The notes under the pieces were generated by a model. The model was not told where the DNA came from. It saw only the letters and a list, made by a program, of their open reading frames with translations, and made no database searches. Shown piece after piece: positions 1 through 15,005 of a DNA stretch of 64,000 nucleotides. Made by a program: the position numbers and the translations under genes. The DNA is from the human T2T-CHM13v2.0 reference genome, Homo sapiens. How positions within the stretch are numbered: the stretch's first letter is position 1; each line of letters opens with the position of its first letter. Where the stretch lies: the NCBI RefSeq assembly GCF_009914755.1, contig NC_060933.1; one strand, given 5' to 3'.

Positions 1-319
1 TCAAAACGCTGAAAGGACGGGAAAAAACCCCAACCAAGAACATTTTATCTGGCGAAGCAATACTTCAGAAACACAGAGGAAATAAAAACATTCCCGGACA
101 AACAAAAGTTGAGGGAGTTCATCACCACTGCACCTGCCTTCCAAGAATGGCTAAAAGGAATTCTTCATATTGAATCAACAGAACACTAAATAGCAACACA
201 AAAACATAAAAAGTATGAAACGTATTGGTAAAGGGAAATATACAGACACAAACATAATACTGTATTACCATAACAGTGGTAGATACATCGCTTTTAATTC
301 CATTATAAAAGTTAAAAGA

Positions 320-1001
<682 letters not shown>

Positions 1002-1992
1002 TTATGTTAACAATTACATAAATAGTTATGTATGGTGGCATTAACTGCACATCATGTAGAGGAGGGAGGTAAAAGCTGAGAGGTCTTGCATATAAGTGAA
1101 GGTGAGTTGTCATCATCTTAAAACAGACAACTGTATCTTATGTAAGCCCTAGGTAATGACTACTGAAGTTACACAAAAGAAAAAAAGAAGGGAAAGCAAA
1201 AACCATTAACACAAAAAGCAACAACAAAACACAAATGAAGATAGCAAGAGACAAAGACATGCAAAAGAACTGTTAGACAAAACAGTTAACAAAATGGAAA
1301 AAGGAAATCCTTTCCTATCAATAATTACTTCAAACAAAAATGGATTCAACTCACTAATCAAAAGATAGAGAGTAGCTAAATGAACTAAACACCAAGATTC
1401 AACAGTATACTGCCTACAGGAAACCCACTTTTGAGTGAAGAACACACAGGCTGAAAGTGAAGGGATGAAAAGATATTCCACGCATGCAAATGGTAACCCA
1501 AAGAAAGCAGGCATGGCTATACTTACCTCAGACAAAAGAGACTTTACATCGAAAACTGTCTCTAGAGACAAGGGTCAATTCAACAGAAAGCTGTAACAAC
1601 TGTAAACATCTATGTACCCACATCAGACCTAAATATATAAAGCAATATTGACAGATCTCAAAGGAGAAACAGAAATACAGTAATAGCAGAAGGCTTCAAT
1701 ACCCCACTTTAAATACTGGATAGAATATCCAGACAGGATATTTAACAGTAATAAAAACAAAGAACAGCAGGCTTACACAACATTCCAGACTAAATGACCT
1801 CACAGAGACATATACACACTTTTCACCCAACAGCAGCAGAATACGTATTTTTCTCAAGCACATGGGACCCATTCTCCAGAACAGATCATATGTTAAGTCA
1901 TAAAACAAGTCTTAAAATATTTAAGATCAAAATCATGTCATGTATCTTTTCAAACCACAATGGAATGAACCTAAAATTAATTACAGCAAGAA

Positions 1993-2340
<348 letters not shown>

Positions 2341-2455
2341 CTACCATTGAGTAAAAAAGGAAATCAAAAGGGAATTTTAAAAGTATCTTAAGCTGAATGA
2401 AGCGGAATACAACATACCAAAACTTGCATGATGCAGTGTTAACAAGGAAGTCTGG

Positions 2456-2597
2456 GGCCAGATGTGGTGGCGCAGACCTGTAATCCCAGCACTTTAGGAG
2501 ACTGAAGTGGGAGGACTGCTTGAGGCCAGGAGTTCAAGACAAATCTGGCCAACATAGCGAGACCCCATCTCTCTTTTTTTAATTAAAAAAAAAAAAA
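2456..2597 (+). mobile_element. Alu monomer (FLAM or left arm)
   Basis: Single arm followed by T/A run. Confidence 0.8.
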
Positions 2598-4035
2598 GGA
2601 ATTCTGTAGCAATCAACACTTCCATTAACGAAGAAGCAGGACTTTAAATAACAACCTAACTTCACACCTCAAAGACTAGGAAAGGAAGAACAAACTAAGC
2701 TCAAAGTTAGCAGAAGAAAGGAAATTATAATAAAGATCAGAGCAGAAATAGATCAAATAGAGAAAAACAATAGAAAAAATCAACAAAACTAAGTTGGTTT
2801 TGTGAAGATAAAATCGACAAACTAATGAAGAAAAAGACTCAAATAAAATCAGAAATAAAAGAGGAGATATTATAATAGATGCCTCAGAAATAAAAATGAT
2901 CACAAGGGCCTATTACAAACACTTATATGCCAACAAACTGAATAATGCAGAAGAAATGGATAAATCTCTAGAAATATACAATCTATGAAGACTGAACAAA
3001 GAAGATATCTAAAGCCTAAACAGACAGTAATAAATAAAGAGATTGAAGCAGTAATCACAAACCTCCCAACAAAGAAAAAGTCCAGGACCAGATGGCTTCA
3101 CTACTGAATTCTACCAATTCTTCTTAAATCCTTCCAAAAAACAGAAGAAGAAACACTTCTAAACTCATTTTATGAAGACAGCATCACCCTGATACCAAAG
3201 GCAGACATAGACACCAGAAGGAAAGAAAACTACAGGCCAATATCTCTGATTAACACAGATGTAAAAATCCTCAATAAAATACTAATAAACCAAATTCAAC
3301 ATTACATCAAAAAGATTATACACCATGATTAAGTGGAATTCCTCCCTGAAATGCCAGGTTGGTTCAACAAAGACAAATCAATGCAGAACACATTAACAGA
3401 ATCACAGATAAATACCACATGATCATCTCAACAATATGCAGAAAAGCATCTAAGTTCAACATCCATTCATGATTTAAAAAAAACAACTCTACACAGAACA
3501 GGTATAGAAGGAGCTTACCTCCTCACAATAAAAACCATTTATGAAAAGCCCACAGCCAGTACCATAATTAGTGGGGGAAAACTGAAAGCTTTTCCTCTAA
3601 GATCTGGAACAAGACAAGGATGCCCACTCTCACCTCTTTTATTCAACACAGTACTGGAAATTCTAGTCAGATAAATTAGTCAAAATAAATAAATAAATAA
3701 AACTGTCTCACTGCAGATCCAAGGTCCTACACATAGAAAATCCTAAAGGCTCCATAAAATAAGTGCTAGAACTAATCAACGAATTCAGTCAAGTTGCAGG
3801 ATACAAAATCAACATGAAAAAACTGTAGCATTTCTATACACTAACAATTAATTATCTAAAAAAGAAATCAAGAAAACAATCCAATTTATAATAGCATCAA
3901 AAAGAACAAATACTTAGGAATAAATATAACCAATGAGTAAAAGATCTGTACACTGAAAACAATAGAACACTGATGAAAGAAATTGAAGACAACAAAATTA
4001 GTGTAAAGATATCCCATATTCACGGATTGACATAA

Positions 4036-4538
<503 letters not shown>

Positions 4539-5989
4539 TTATACTACAAAGCTATAGTAAAACACTATCATACTGGCATAAAAACAGACACAAGCCAATG
4601 AAACAGAATTGAGGTATACGGTTAACTAATCTTTGACAAAGGTGCCAAAAATACACCATGGGGAAAGGATAGTACCTTCAATAAATGTTGTTGGGAAAAC
4701 TGGATAACCAGATGTAGAAGAATGAAACTGGACCCTTATTTCACACCATATACAAAAATCAACTCAAAATGGACTGAAGACTTAAACTAAGACTAATTAA
4801 TTTAATTAAGGCCTGAAACTGTAAAACTCTAGGGAAATAAGCTCCTTGACATTAGCCTTGGTGATGATTTGGTTATCACACCAAAAGCACAACTAACAAA
4901 AACAAAAATAAACCACAGGAACTACACCAAATGAAAAAGGTTCTGCAAAGCAAAGGAAACAAACAAAACGAGATGGCAGCCTACAGACTGAGAAACTATT
5001 TACAAACTATATGGCTGATAAGAGGTTAACATCCAAAATACATAAGTAACGCAACTCAATCGCAAAAATACAAATAACCCAAATAAAAAGCAGGCTAAGG
5101 TCTTAAATAGGCATTTTTTTCCAAAGAAGACATACAGGTGGCCAACAGGTATGTGAAGAGTTGCTCAACATGGCCAGTCATCAGGGAGTGCAAATCAAAA
5201 CCACAATAAGGCATCACACACCTGTCAGGATGGCTATTATCAAAAAGACAAGAGATGAGTATTGAGGAGAATGTGGAGAAAAGGTGAACCTTTGCATACT
5301 GTTGGTGGGAACACAAATTGGTATAGCCATTCTGAAAAACAGTATGGAGGTTACTCAAAAAACTGAAAACAGAATTACCATATGATCCAGCAATCCCTCT
5401 TCTGGGTATATATCCAAAGGAAATGAAATCTGCGTCGCTAAGAGTTATGTGCACTCCCATGTTTACTGCGGCACATTTCATAATTGCCCAGATATAGAAT
5501 CAATCTGCTTGTCAACAGATGAATAAAGAAATTGTGATATACAGAGACATACAATGGAATATTACTCAACCTCAAAAAAGAAGGAAGTCTTGTCATTTGT
5601 GACAACACAGATGGACCTGGAAGATATTATGTACAGTGAATAAGCCAGACACAGAAAGAAAAATACTGCTTGATCACACTTGTATGTGGAATCTAAAAAG
5701 TAGAACTTAAGCAGAGAAGTGTTTGCCAGGGGCTGGAGGGTGAGGGGAACAGGGAGATGATGGTCAAAGGGCACCAAGTTTCCATTTTAAGGTAAGTAAG
5801 GCAGCATGGGACTATAGTTAGCAATACTATGTTGTCCGTTTGAGATCTGCTGAAAGATTTTAAGTGTTCTCACCACATACAAAGGTAGCGATGTGAAGAG
5901 ATGGATGTTAACTAGCTTGACCCTGGTAACCAGTTCACTATGTATACGTGTATCAAAACATCATGCTGTTTATATACACTTTTAATCTT

Positions 5990-6745
5990 CAATAGGACCT
6001 GCCCCCATCTTCCCTCGCGGTCACCAGGCCTATAACCAGGGTGACATCCAACAAAGCCCTTGCCTGGGAGAAAAGGGCCACATACCCACACACCCCGTGG
6101 AGCTGCGGGGTGTAGCCAGCCAGTTTCAGCAGCCAGGGGAGGCTGTGAAGTGCTGGACTCTGAGGGCCCTTGTCAAGGGAGCTGGCTGAGGCAAAATGTG
6201 TCCATTTGGGAGGACCCCCAAGCACAGGATTTGGCAGGAATTGGGTGATGATGCACGTGTACTAACAGGAGGCCCTTACCAAGTAAGGGAGAAGTACCAT
6301 AACTGCCAAGGGACAGCAAAGGAGGGGCTAGGACCCCTCCCGCCCCCACACACACAGCAGAAGCATGGGGAGTGTGCCGGTCAGACGGGTACCCACAGCA
6401 GCACCAGGCAGCCCCGTGGTCGCCCCCTTCAGTACACCAGGGCTGTCTGAAGCAACGATTGGCGGGGAAGCAATCACCATGGCAAGGGGAAGACAGAGTT
6501 CCAAAGTGAGAGGCTTCACGGAGGTATCAGAAACCAGGTGGCCTTAGTGATTATGGTGAATGGCAAGGCTGGAGGGGCGGCCATGGGGCCTGGTCAGCAG
6601 AGTCACAGAATTGAGAACAGGGCCCTGCTTCACTAGGCACAAAACGCAGAGCCAACAAGGGCACTGGTGAGCTTATCCCATGAGAAGAAACCAAGAAAGG
6701 ATGACTGGTTGCTAAGAGCAGCTGTGCCCCCACTGGAATTCAGTA
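5990..6745 (+). mobile_element. Decayed ERVL-class internal sequence (gag-like)
   Basis: aggacctgccccc...ccaggcctataaccagggt and later segments resemble remembered ERVL/HERV16-type gag. Confidence 0.55.
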
Positions 6746-6799
6746 TGCCATGCTGGACGGATCCAAATTACACCCTAGTGGCATAAAAATTATTTTGAT

Positions 6800-7138
<339 letters not shown>

Positions 7139-7261
7139 TCAAAAAACAGCTTTTTCAGAGCTTCTCTTATCCGACCAGGGGCAGAAACTTCGGAAAGAGA
7201 GCTGCCAAAATCCCCTCTGGGGCAGACTTCCTGCCCAAAAGCACCCAGAGAAGCCCATGTG

Positions 7262-10210
7262 CATCTACAGACGCACATCACCACATACCTTTACCCGTTC
7301 CGCAGCCACACATCGCCAAGTACCTTCTACCCTGTTCTACAGAAACACGTCACCACCTACCTTTACCCATTCCGCAGCCACACATCACCACGTACCTTCT
7401 ACCCTGTTCTACAGACACACGTCACCACGCGCCTTCTACCCATTCCGCAGCCACACATCACCACATACCTTCTACCCTGTTCTACAGACACACGTTACCA
7501 CGCTTTTTCTACTCCGTTCTACAGACACGTCACCACACACTTTCTACCCTGTTCTACAGACACGTCACCACACACTTTCTACCCTGTTCTACAGACACAC
7601 ATCACCACGCACTTTCCACCCATTCCGCAGCCACACAGTCATGTACCTTCTACCCCGTTCTACAGACACACATCACCACACACTTTCTACCCATTCTGCA
7701 GCCACACATCGCCACGTACCTTCTACCCTGTTCTACAGACACACATCATCACGCACTTTCTACCCCGTTCTACAGACACACGTCACCACGCACTTCTACC
7801 CTGTTCTACAGACACACATCACCACGCACTTTCTACCCATTCCACAGCCACACATTGTCACGTACCTTCTACCCTGTTCTACAGACACACATCATCATGC
7901 ACTTTCTACCCCGTTCTACAGACATGTCACCACACACTTCTACCGACACACATCATGCACTTTCTACCCATTCTACAAACACGTCACCACACTTGCTACC
8001 CATTCTACAGACACACGTCACCACACACTTTCTACCCGTTCTACAGACACACGTCACCACACACTTTCTACCCATTCTACAGACACACATCATCACGCAC
8101 TTTCTACCTGTTCTAGAGACACACGTCACCACACATGTTCTAGAGACACACATCATCATGCCCGTTCTACAGACACACATCATCACGCACTTTCTACCCA
8201 TTCCAGAGACACACGTCACCACGGACGTTCTACAGACACACATCATCATGCACTTTCTACCCCTTCTACAGATACACATCATCACGCACTTTCTACCCAT
8301 TCCAGAGACACACGTCACCACGGACATTCTACAGACACACATCATGCACTTTCTACCCCTTCTACAGATACACATCATCACGCACTTTCTACCCCTTCTA
8401 CAGACACACATCATCACGCACTTTCTACCAGTTCTACAGACACACATCATCACGCACTTTCTACCGGTTCTACAGACACGTCATCACGCACTTTCTGCCC
8501 GTTGTACAGACACACGTCATCACGCGCTTTCTACCCCTTCTACAGACACACGTCATCACGCGCTTTCTACCCCTTCTACAGACACACATCATCATGCACT
8601 TTCTACCGGTTCTACAGACACACATCATCACGCACTTTCTACCAGTTCTACAGACACACATCATCACGCACTTTCTACCGGTTCTACAGACACATGTCAT
8701 CCGCACTTTCTGCCTGTTGTACAGACACACGTCATCACGCACTTTCTACCCCTTCTACAGACACACGTCATCACGCACTTTCTACCCATTCTAGAGACAC
8801 ACGTCACCACGCACGTTCTACAGACACACATCATCATGCACTTTCTACCCCTTCTACAGATACACATCATCACGCACTTTCTACCGGTTCTACAGACACG
8901 TCATCACGCACTTTCTGCCCGTTGTACAGACACACGTCATCACGCACTTTCTACCCCTTCTACAGACACACGTCATCACGCACTTTCTACCCGTTCTACA
9001 GACACACGTTATCACGCACTTTCCACCTGTTCTACAGACACACATCATCACACGCTTTCTACCCCTTCTACAGACACACATCATCACACGCTTTCTACCC
9101 CTTCTACAGACACACGTCATCACGCACTTTCTACCCCCTGTACAGACACACGTCATCACGCACTTTCCACCCATTCTACAGACACACGTCATCACGCACT
9201 TCCCACCCATTCTACAGACACGTCATCACACACTTTCTACCCGTTCTACAGACACACGTCATCACGCACTTTCCACCCGTTCTACAGACACACGTCATCA
9301 CACACTTTCCACCCGTTCTACAGACACACGTCATCACGCACTTTCCACCCATTCTACAGACATGTCATCACGCACTTTCTACCCACTGTACAGACACACA
9401 TCATCACGCACTTTCTACCCCTTCTACAGACACACGTCATCACGCACTTTCCACCCGTTCTACAGACACATGTCATCACGCACTTTCCACCCGTTCTACA
9501 GACACACATCATCACGCACTTTCCACCCGTTCTACAGACACACATCATCACGCACTTTCCACCTGTTCTACAGACACACATCATGCACTTTCTACCCCTT
9601 CTACAGACACACGTCATCACGCACTTTCCACCCATTCTACAGACACACATCATCATGCACTTTCCACCCCTTCTACAGACACACATCATCACGCACTTTC
9701 TACCCGTTCTACAGACACACATCATCACGCACTTTCCACCCGTTCTACAGACACACATCATCACGCACTTTCCACCCGTTCTACAGACACACGTCATCAC
9801 GCACTTTCCACCCGTTCTACAGACACACATCATCATGCACTTTCCACCTGTTCTACAGACACACGTCATCACGCACTTTCCACCCATTCTACAGACATGT
9901 CATCACGCACTTTCTACCCCGTTCTACAGACACACGTCATCAAGCAGTTTCTACCCATTCTGTAGCCACACGTTCGCCACGTACCTTCTACCCTGTTCTA
10001 CAGACACACGTCACCACGCACTTTCTACCCATTCTTCAGAGACATATCACCACACACTTTATATCCGTTCTGCAGACACACGTCACCACGCACTTTCTAC
10101 CCTGTTCTATAGACACACATTGTTACGCACTTTCTACTCCATTCTCAAGACACACATCATCACACACTTTCTACCCGTTCTGCAGACACACTTCGCTACA
10201 CACTTTCTAC
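7262..10210. repeat. VNTR/minisatellite, 36-bp unit CACTTTCYACCCGTTCTACAGACACACRTCATCACG, about 80 copies
   Basis: Direct periodicity (e.g. unit starts at 9481 and 9517). Confidence 0.97.
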
Positions 10211-10431
10211 TTGGTTCGGCGCCCTTCGGTTCTGCTCCTGTATGAGCCTATCTGTCTTTCCTGAGGAAACTGATTCATCCTTCCCATACAAGCTTCTTCT
10301 CTCCCTGCCTCCCTGCTGATGCAGAGTGTATGAGTCCCTATTTCTAGCTACTCAGCAAGCCACTGTTTCTGTGCCTGCCACATGCATATGAATAGCTATG
10401 AGTCTGTTTGTGTCCGTATTTCCTCCCAACA

Positions 10432-11660
10432 ATGCCCAGTCTCTGGGACCAGCAACACTAAGGTGAGCATGCATGGCAATGGTTCCCCAGTCATTCCCAA
10501 AGGGACCACCAGCTACGTTCCCAGATGAGTATGCACTGGGAAAGGGAGGGGTCATCACATCCCATGGCCTACAGGTATCAGTGGAGGGAGAACATGCCAC
10601 AGGAGTCTCTGGCAAGTCAGCTGGGAGAGCACAATGCAAGATCCCGGGACTGTAGAGCCACAGAGAATCACGCGACATTAACAACAGCCCCTGATGTGCA
10701 CAGGGTACTGTACGCCTGCTGACAGTGTGTTCAGAACTGCCCATCACAAGCTGGGTTCTGCCACCCACTCACTCCAGGGCTAAGGCCGAGTGCACCCATA
10801 AGACGGAGTTGTGCCTTGGGACCGAGCCTGCACAGGAGCAGGGGCACGAGCTGCAGGCATACACAGCCCAGACCCTCACGAGCTACTGCCAGGGCACCAG
10901 CAGCCCACCGAGCCCCTCTCTACAGCCACACAAGGGCCCCTGACGACCACAGATGGAAAAGGGGAAAGCCTGGGCACGGTTAACAGTGGGTCAACTGGGA
11001 ATGCAGACAAACTCTGCCATCAGCCACTCTCAGGCCAGGACAACAGACACACACATGAAGCAGCCAGAGGTAGGCAGGTATGGAGACTAAGAGCACAGAC
11101 TACCACCTGCCAAGACCAGTGCTGACTCCTAATATGGCACCGTCCTGGAGAAGACCAACCAATCACTAGGCAGCAAGGTAACTACAATGGACCCCTTGCA
11201 GCCTGGAAGGGCCAGCAGTTCACTTTTCCAAGAGCAGCCGTGCATTCTGCACCTGAGTGTTGGCCTCTCCTGGCCATAGGGTTTCAGCAGGCATCACTAC
11301 CCAACGGTTGGCAGTAGGACCCACTGCACAGGGCCCCACATAATACTGTATCAGACCAGAGACACTCCCCAGCCTCGGAGGTGCAGAGCGGGCCCATGAC
11401 TCTGAGGTCCCCCTCCCCCGCTATGTCTCATCCCAGAGTGAACTGAAGCTTAGCTGCTTCCTAGCATTCCTGACTCCTCATTCCTAAGGACCAGCAGGCA
11501 AGAAGAGGAGCCCCGCAAGAAGAAGGGGGCTCCAGCCATGACTCACGACGGGGTCCGATGGGAAGAGGCCTTTCCCACCAGGCAGAACAGGTGAAACCAC
11601 CTCACAAGCAGCAGGAAAAACAAGACTTCCTTCTTGAGCTGGACAGTATCATGAAAAGGG
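10432..11660 (+). mobile_element. Decayed ERVL-class pol (RNaseH/integrase-like region)
   Basis: cagaactgcccatcacaagctgggttctg, aatatggcacc...ctacaatggacccc...cctggaagggccagcagttc and tcagaccagagacac resemble ERVL pol. Confidence 0.65.
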
Positions 11661-14120
11661 TGAAGAAAGGCAGGAGGAAGGTGGCTGGCAAGATCAAACA
11701 GCTCCAATCTGCAGCTCCCAGCAAGATCAACACAGAAGGCGGGTGATTTCTACATTTCCTACTGAGGTACCCAGCTCATTTCATTGGGGCTGATTAGACA
11801 GTGGGTGCAGCCCACAGAGGGCAAGCACGGTGGGGAATCACCTCACCCAGGAAGCACAATGGGTCGGGGAACTCCCTCTTCCAGCCAAGGGAAGCCGTGA
11901 GGAATGGTGCATTCTGGTCCAAATACTATGCTTTTCCCACAGTCTTCGCAACCCACAGACCAGGAGATTCCCTTCAGTGCTTACACCACCAGGGCCCTGG
12001 GTTTCCAGCACAAAACTGGGCGACCATTTGGGCAGACACCGAGCTAGTTGCAGGAGTTTTTTTTCATACCCTAGTGGTGCCTGGAACGCCAGCGAGGCAG
12101 AACTGTTCATTCCCCTGGAAAGGGTGCTGAAGTCAGGGAGGCAAGTGGTCTAGCTCAGTGGATCCAACCCCCACAGAGCCCAGGAAGCTAAGATCCACTG
12201 GCTTGAAATTCTCGCTGCCAGCACAGTAGTCTGAAGTCGACCTGGGGTGCTCGAGCTTGGTGGGAGGAGGGACGTCCACCATTACTGAGGCTTGAGTAGG
12301 TGGGTTTTTCCCTCACAGTGTAAACAAAGCCGCCAGGAAGTTTAAACTGGGTGGAGCCCTCCAGAGCTGGGCAAAGCCGCTGTAGCCAGACTGCCTCTCT
12401 AGATTCCTCCTCTCTGAGCAGGGCATCTCTGAAAGAAAAGTATTAGCCCTAGTCAGGGGCTTATACATAAAACTCCCATCTCCCTGGGACAGAGCACCTA
12501 GGGGAAGGGGTGGCTATGGGCATAGCCTCAGCAGACTTAAACATCACCGCCTGCTGGCTCTGAAGAGATCAGTGGCTCTCCCAGCACAGCGCTCAAGCTC
12601 TGCTAAGGGACAGACTGCCTTCAAGTAGGTCCCTGACTCCCGTGCCTCCTGACTGGGTGTTTACCTCCCAGCAGGGGTCAACAGACACCTCATACAGGAG
12701 AGCTCCGGTTGACATCCGGAGGGTGCCCTTCTGGGACAAAGCTTCCAGAGGAAGGAACAGGCAGCAATCTTTGCTGTTCTGCAACCTCTGCTGGTGATAT
12801 CCAGGCAAACAGGGTTTGGAGTGGACCTCCAGCAAACTCCAGCAGACCTGCAGCAGAGGGACCTGGCTTTTAGAAGGAAAAGTAACAGAAAGGAATAGCA
12901 TCAACATCAACAAAAAGGACATCCACACAAAAACCCCATCCAAAGGTCACCAACATCAAAAACCAAAGGTAGATAAATCCACAAAGATGAGGAATAACCA
13001 GTGCAAAAAGGCTGAAAATTCCAAAAACCAGAATGCCTCCTCTCCTCCAAAGGATCACAACTCCTTGCCAGCAAGGGAACAAAGCTGGACGAAGAATGTG
13101 TTTGACAAACTGACAGAAGTAGGCTTCAGAAGGTGGGGAATAACAAATTCCTCTGAGCTAAAGGAGCATGTTCTAACTTAATGCAAGGAAGCTAAGAACC
13201 TTGAAAAAAGGTTAGAGGAATTGCTAACTAGAATAACCAGCTTAGAGAAGAACACAAATGACTTGACGGAGCTGAAAAACACAGCACGAGAACTTCATGA
13301 AATATACACAAGTATCAGTAGCTGAATCGATCAAGTGGAAGAAAGGATATCAGAGATTGAAGATCAACTTAATGAAATAAAGCATGAAGACAAGATTAGA
13401 GAAAAAAGAATGAAAAGGAACAAACAAAGCCTCCAAGAAATATGGGACTATGTGAAAAGCCCAAACCTACGTTTGACTGATGTACCTAAAGTGACGGGGA
13501 GAATGGAACCAAGTTGGAAAACAAACTTCAGGATATTATCCAGGAGAACTTCCCCAACCTAGCAAGACAGGCCAACATTCAAATTCAGGAAATACGGAGA
13601 ACAGCACACTCCACGAGAAGAGCAACCCCAAGACGCAATCATCAGATTCACCAAGGTTGAAATGAAGGAAAAAATGTTAAGTGCAGCCAGAGAGAAAGGT
13701 CAGGTTACCCACAAAGGGAAGCCCATCAAACTAACAGCAGATCTCTCTGCAGATACCCTAAAAGCCAGAAGAGAGTGAGGGCCAATATTCAACATTCTTA
13801 AAGAAAAGAATTTTCAACCCAGAATTTCATATCCAGCCAAACTAAGCTTCATAAGCGAAGGAGAAACAAAATCCTTTACAGACAAGCAAATGCTGAGAGA
13901 TTTTGTCACCACCAGGCCTTACAAGAGCTCCTGAAGGAAGCACTAAACATGGAAAGGAAAAACTGGTACCAGCCACTGCAAAAAGATGCCAAATTGTAAA
14001 GACCATCAACACTATCTATGAAGAAACTGCATCAACTAACGGGCAAAATAAGCAGCTAGCATCATAATGACAGGATCAAATTCACACATAACAATATTAA
14101 CCTTAAATGTAAATGGGCTA

Positions 14121-14483
<363 letters not shown>

Positions 14484-14692
14484 TCAGTGTGCTGTATTCA
14501 GCAAACCCATCTCATGTACAAAGACTCAAAATAAAGGGATGGAGGAACATTTACCAAGCAAATGGAAAGCAAAAAAGAAGCAGGGGGTGCAATCCTAGTC
14601 TCTGATAAAACAGACTTTAAACCAACAAAGATCAAAAAAGACAAAGAAGGGCATTACATAATGGTAAAGGGATCAATGCAATAAGAAGAGCT

Positions 14693-15005
<313 letters not shown>

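Noticed and set aside
4785-4812. AT-rich near-palindrome taattaatttaatta, and ttaattaa at the homologous L1 site near 17495
   Set aside because: Short slippage duplications in AT-rich L1 sequence; no terminal repeats or other evidence of a transposon footprint.
7262-10210. 36-bp periodic array as a CRISPR array
   Set aside because: Units are head-to-tail with no unique spacers, there are no cas genes, and the context is a primate intron.
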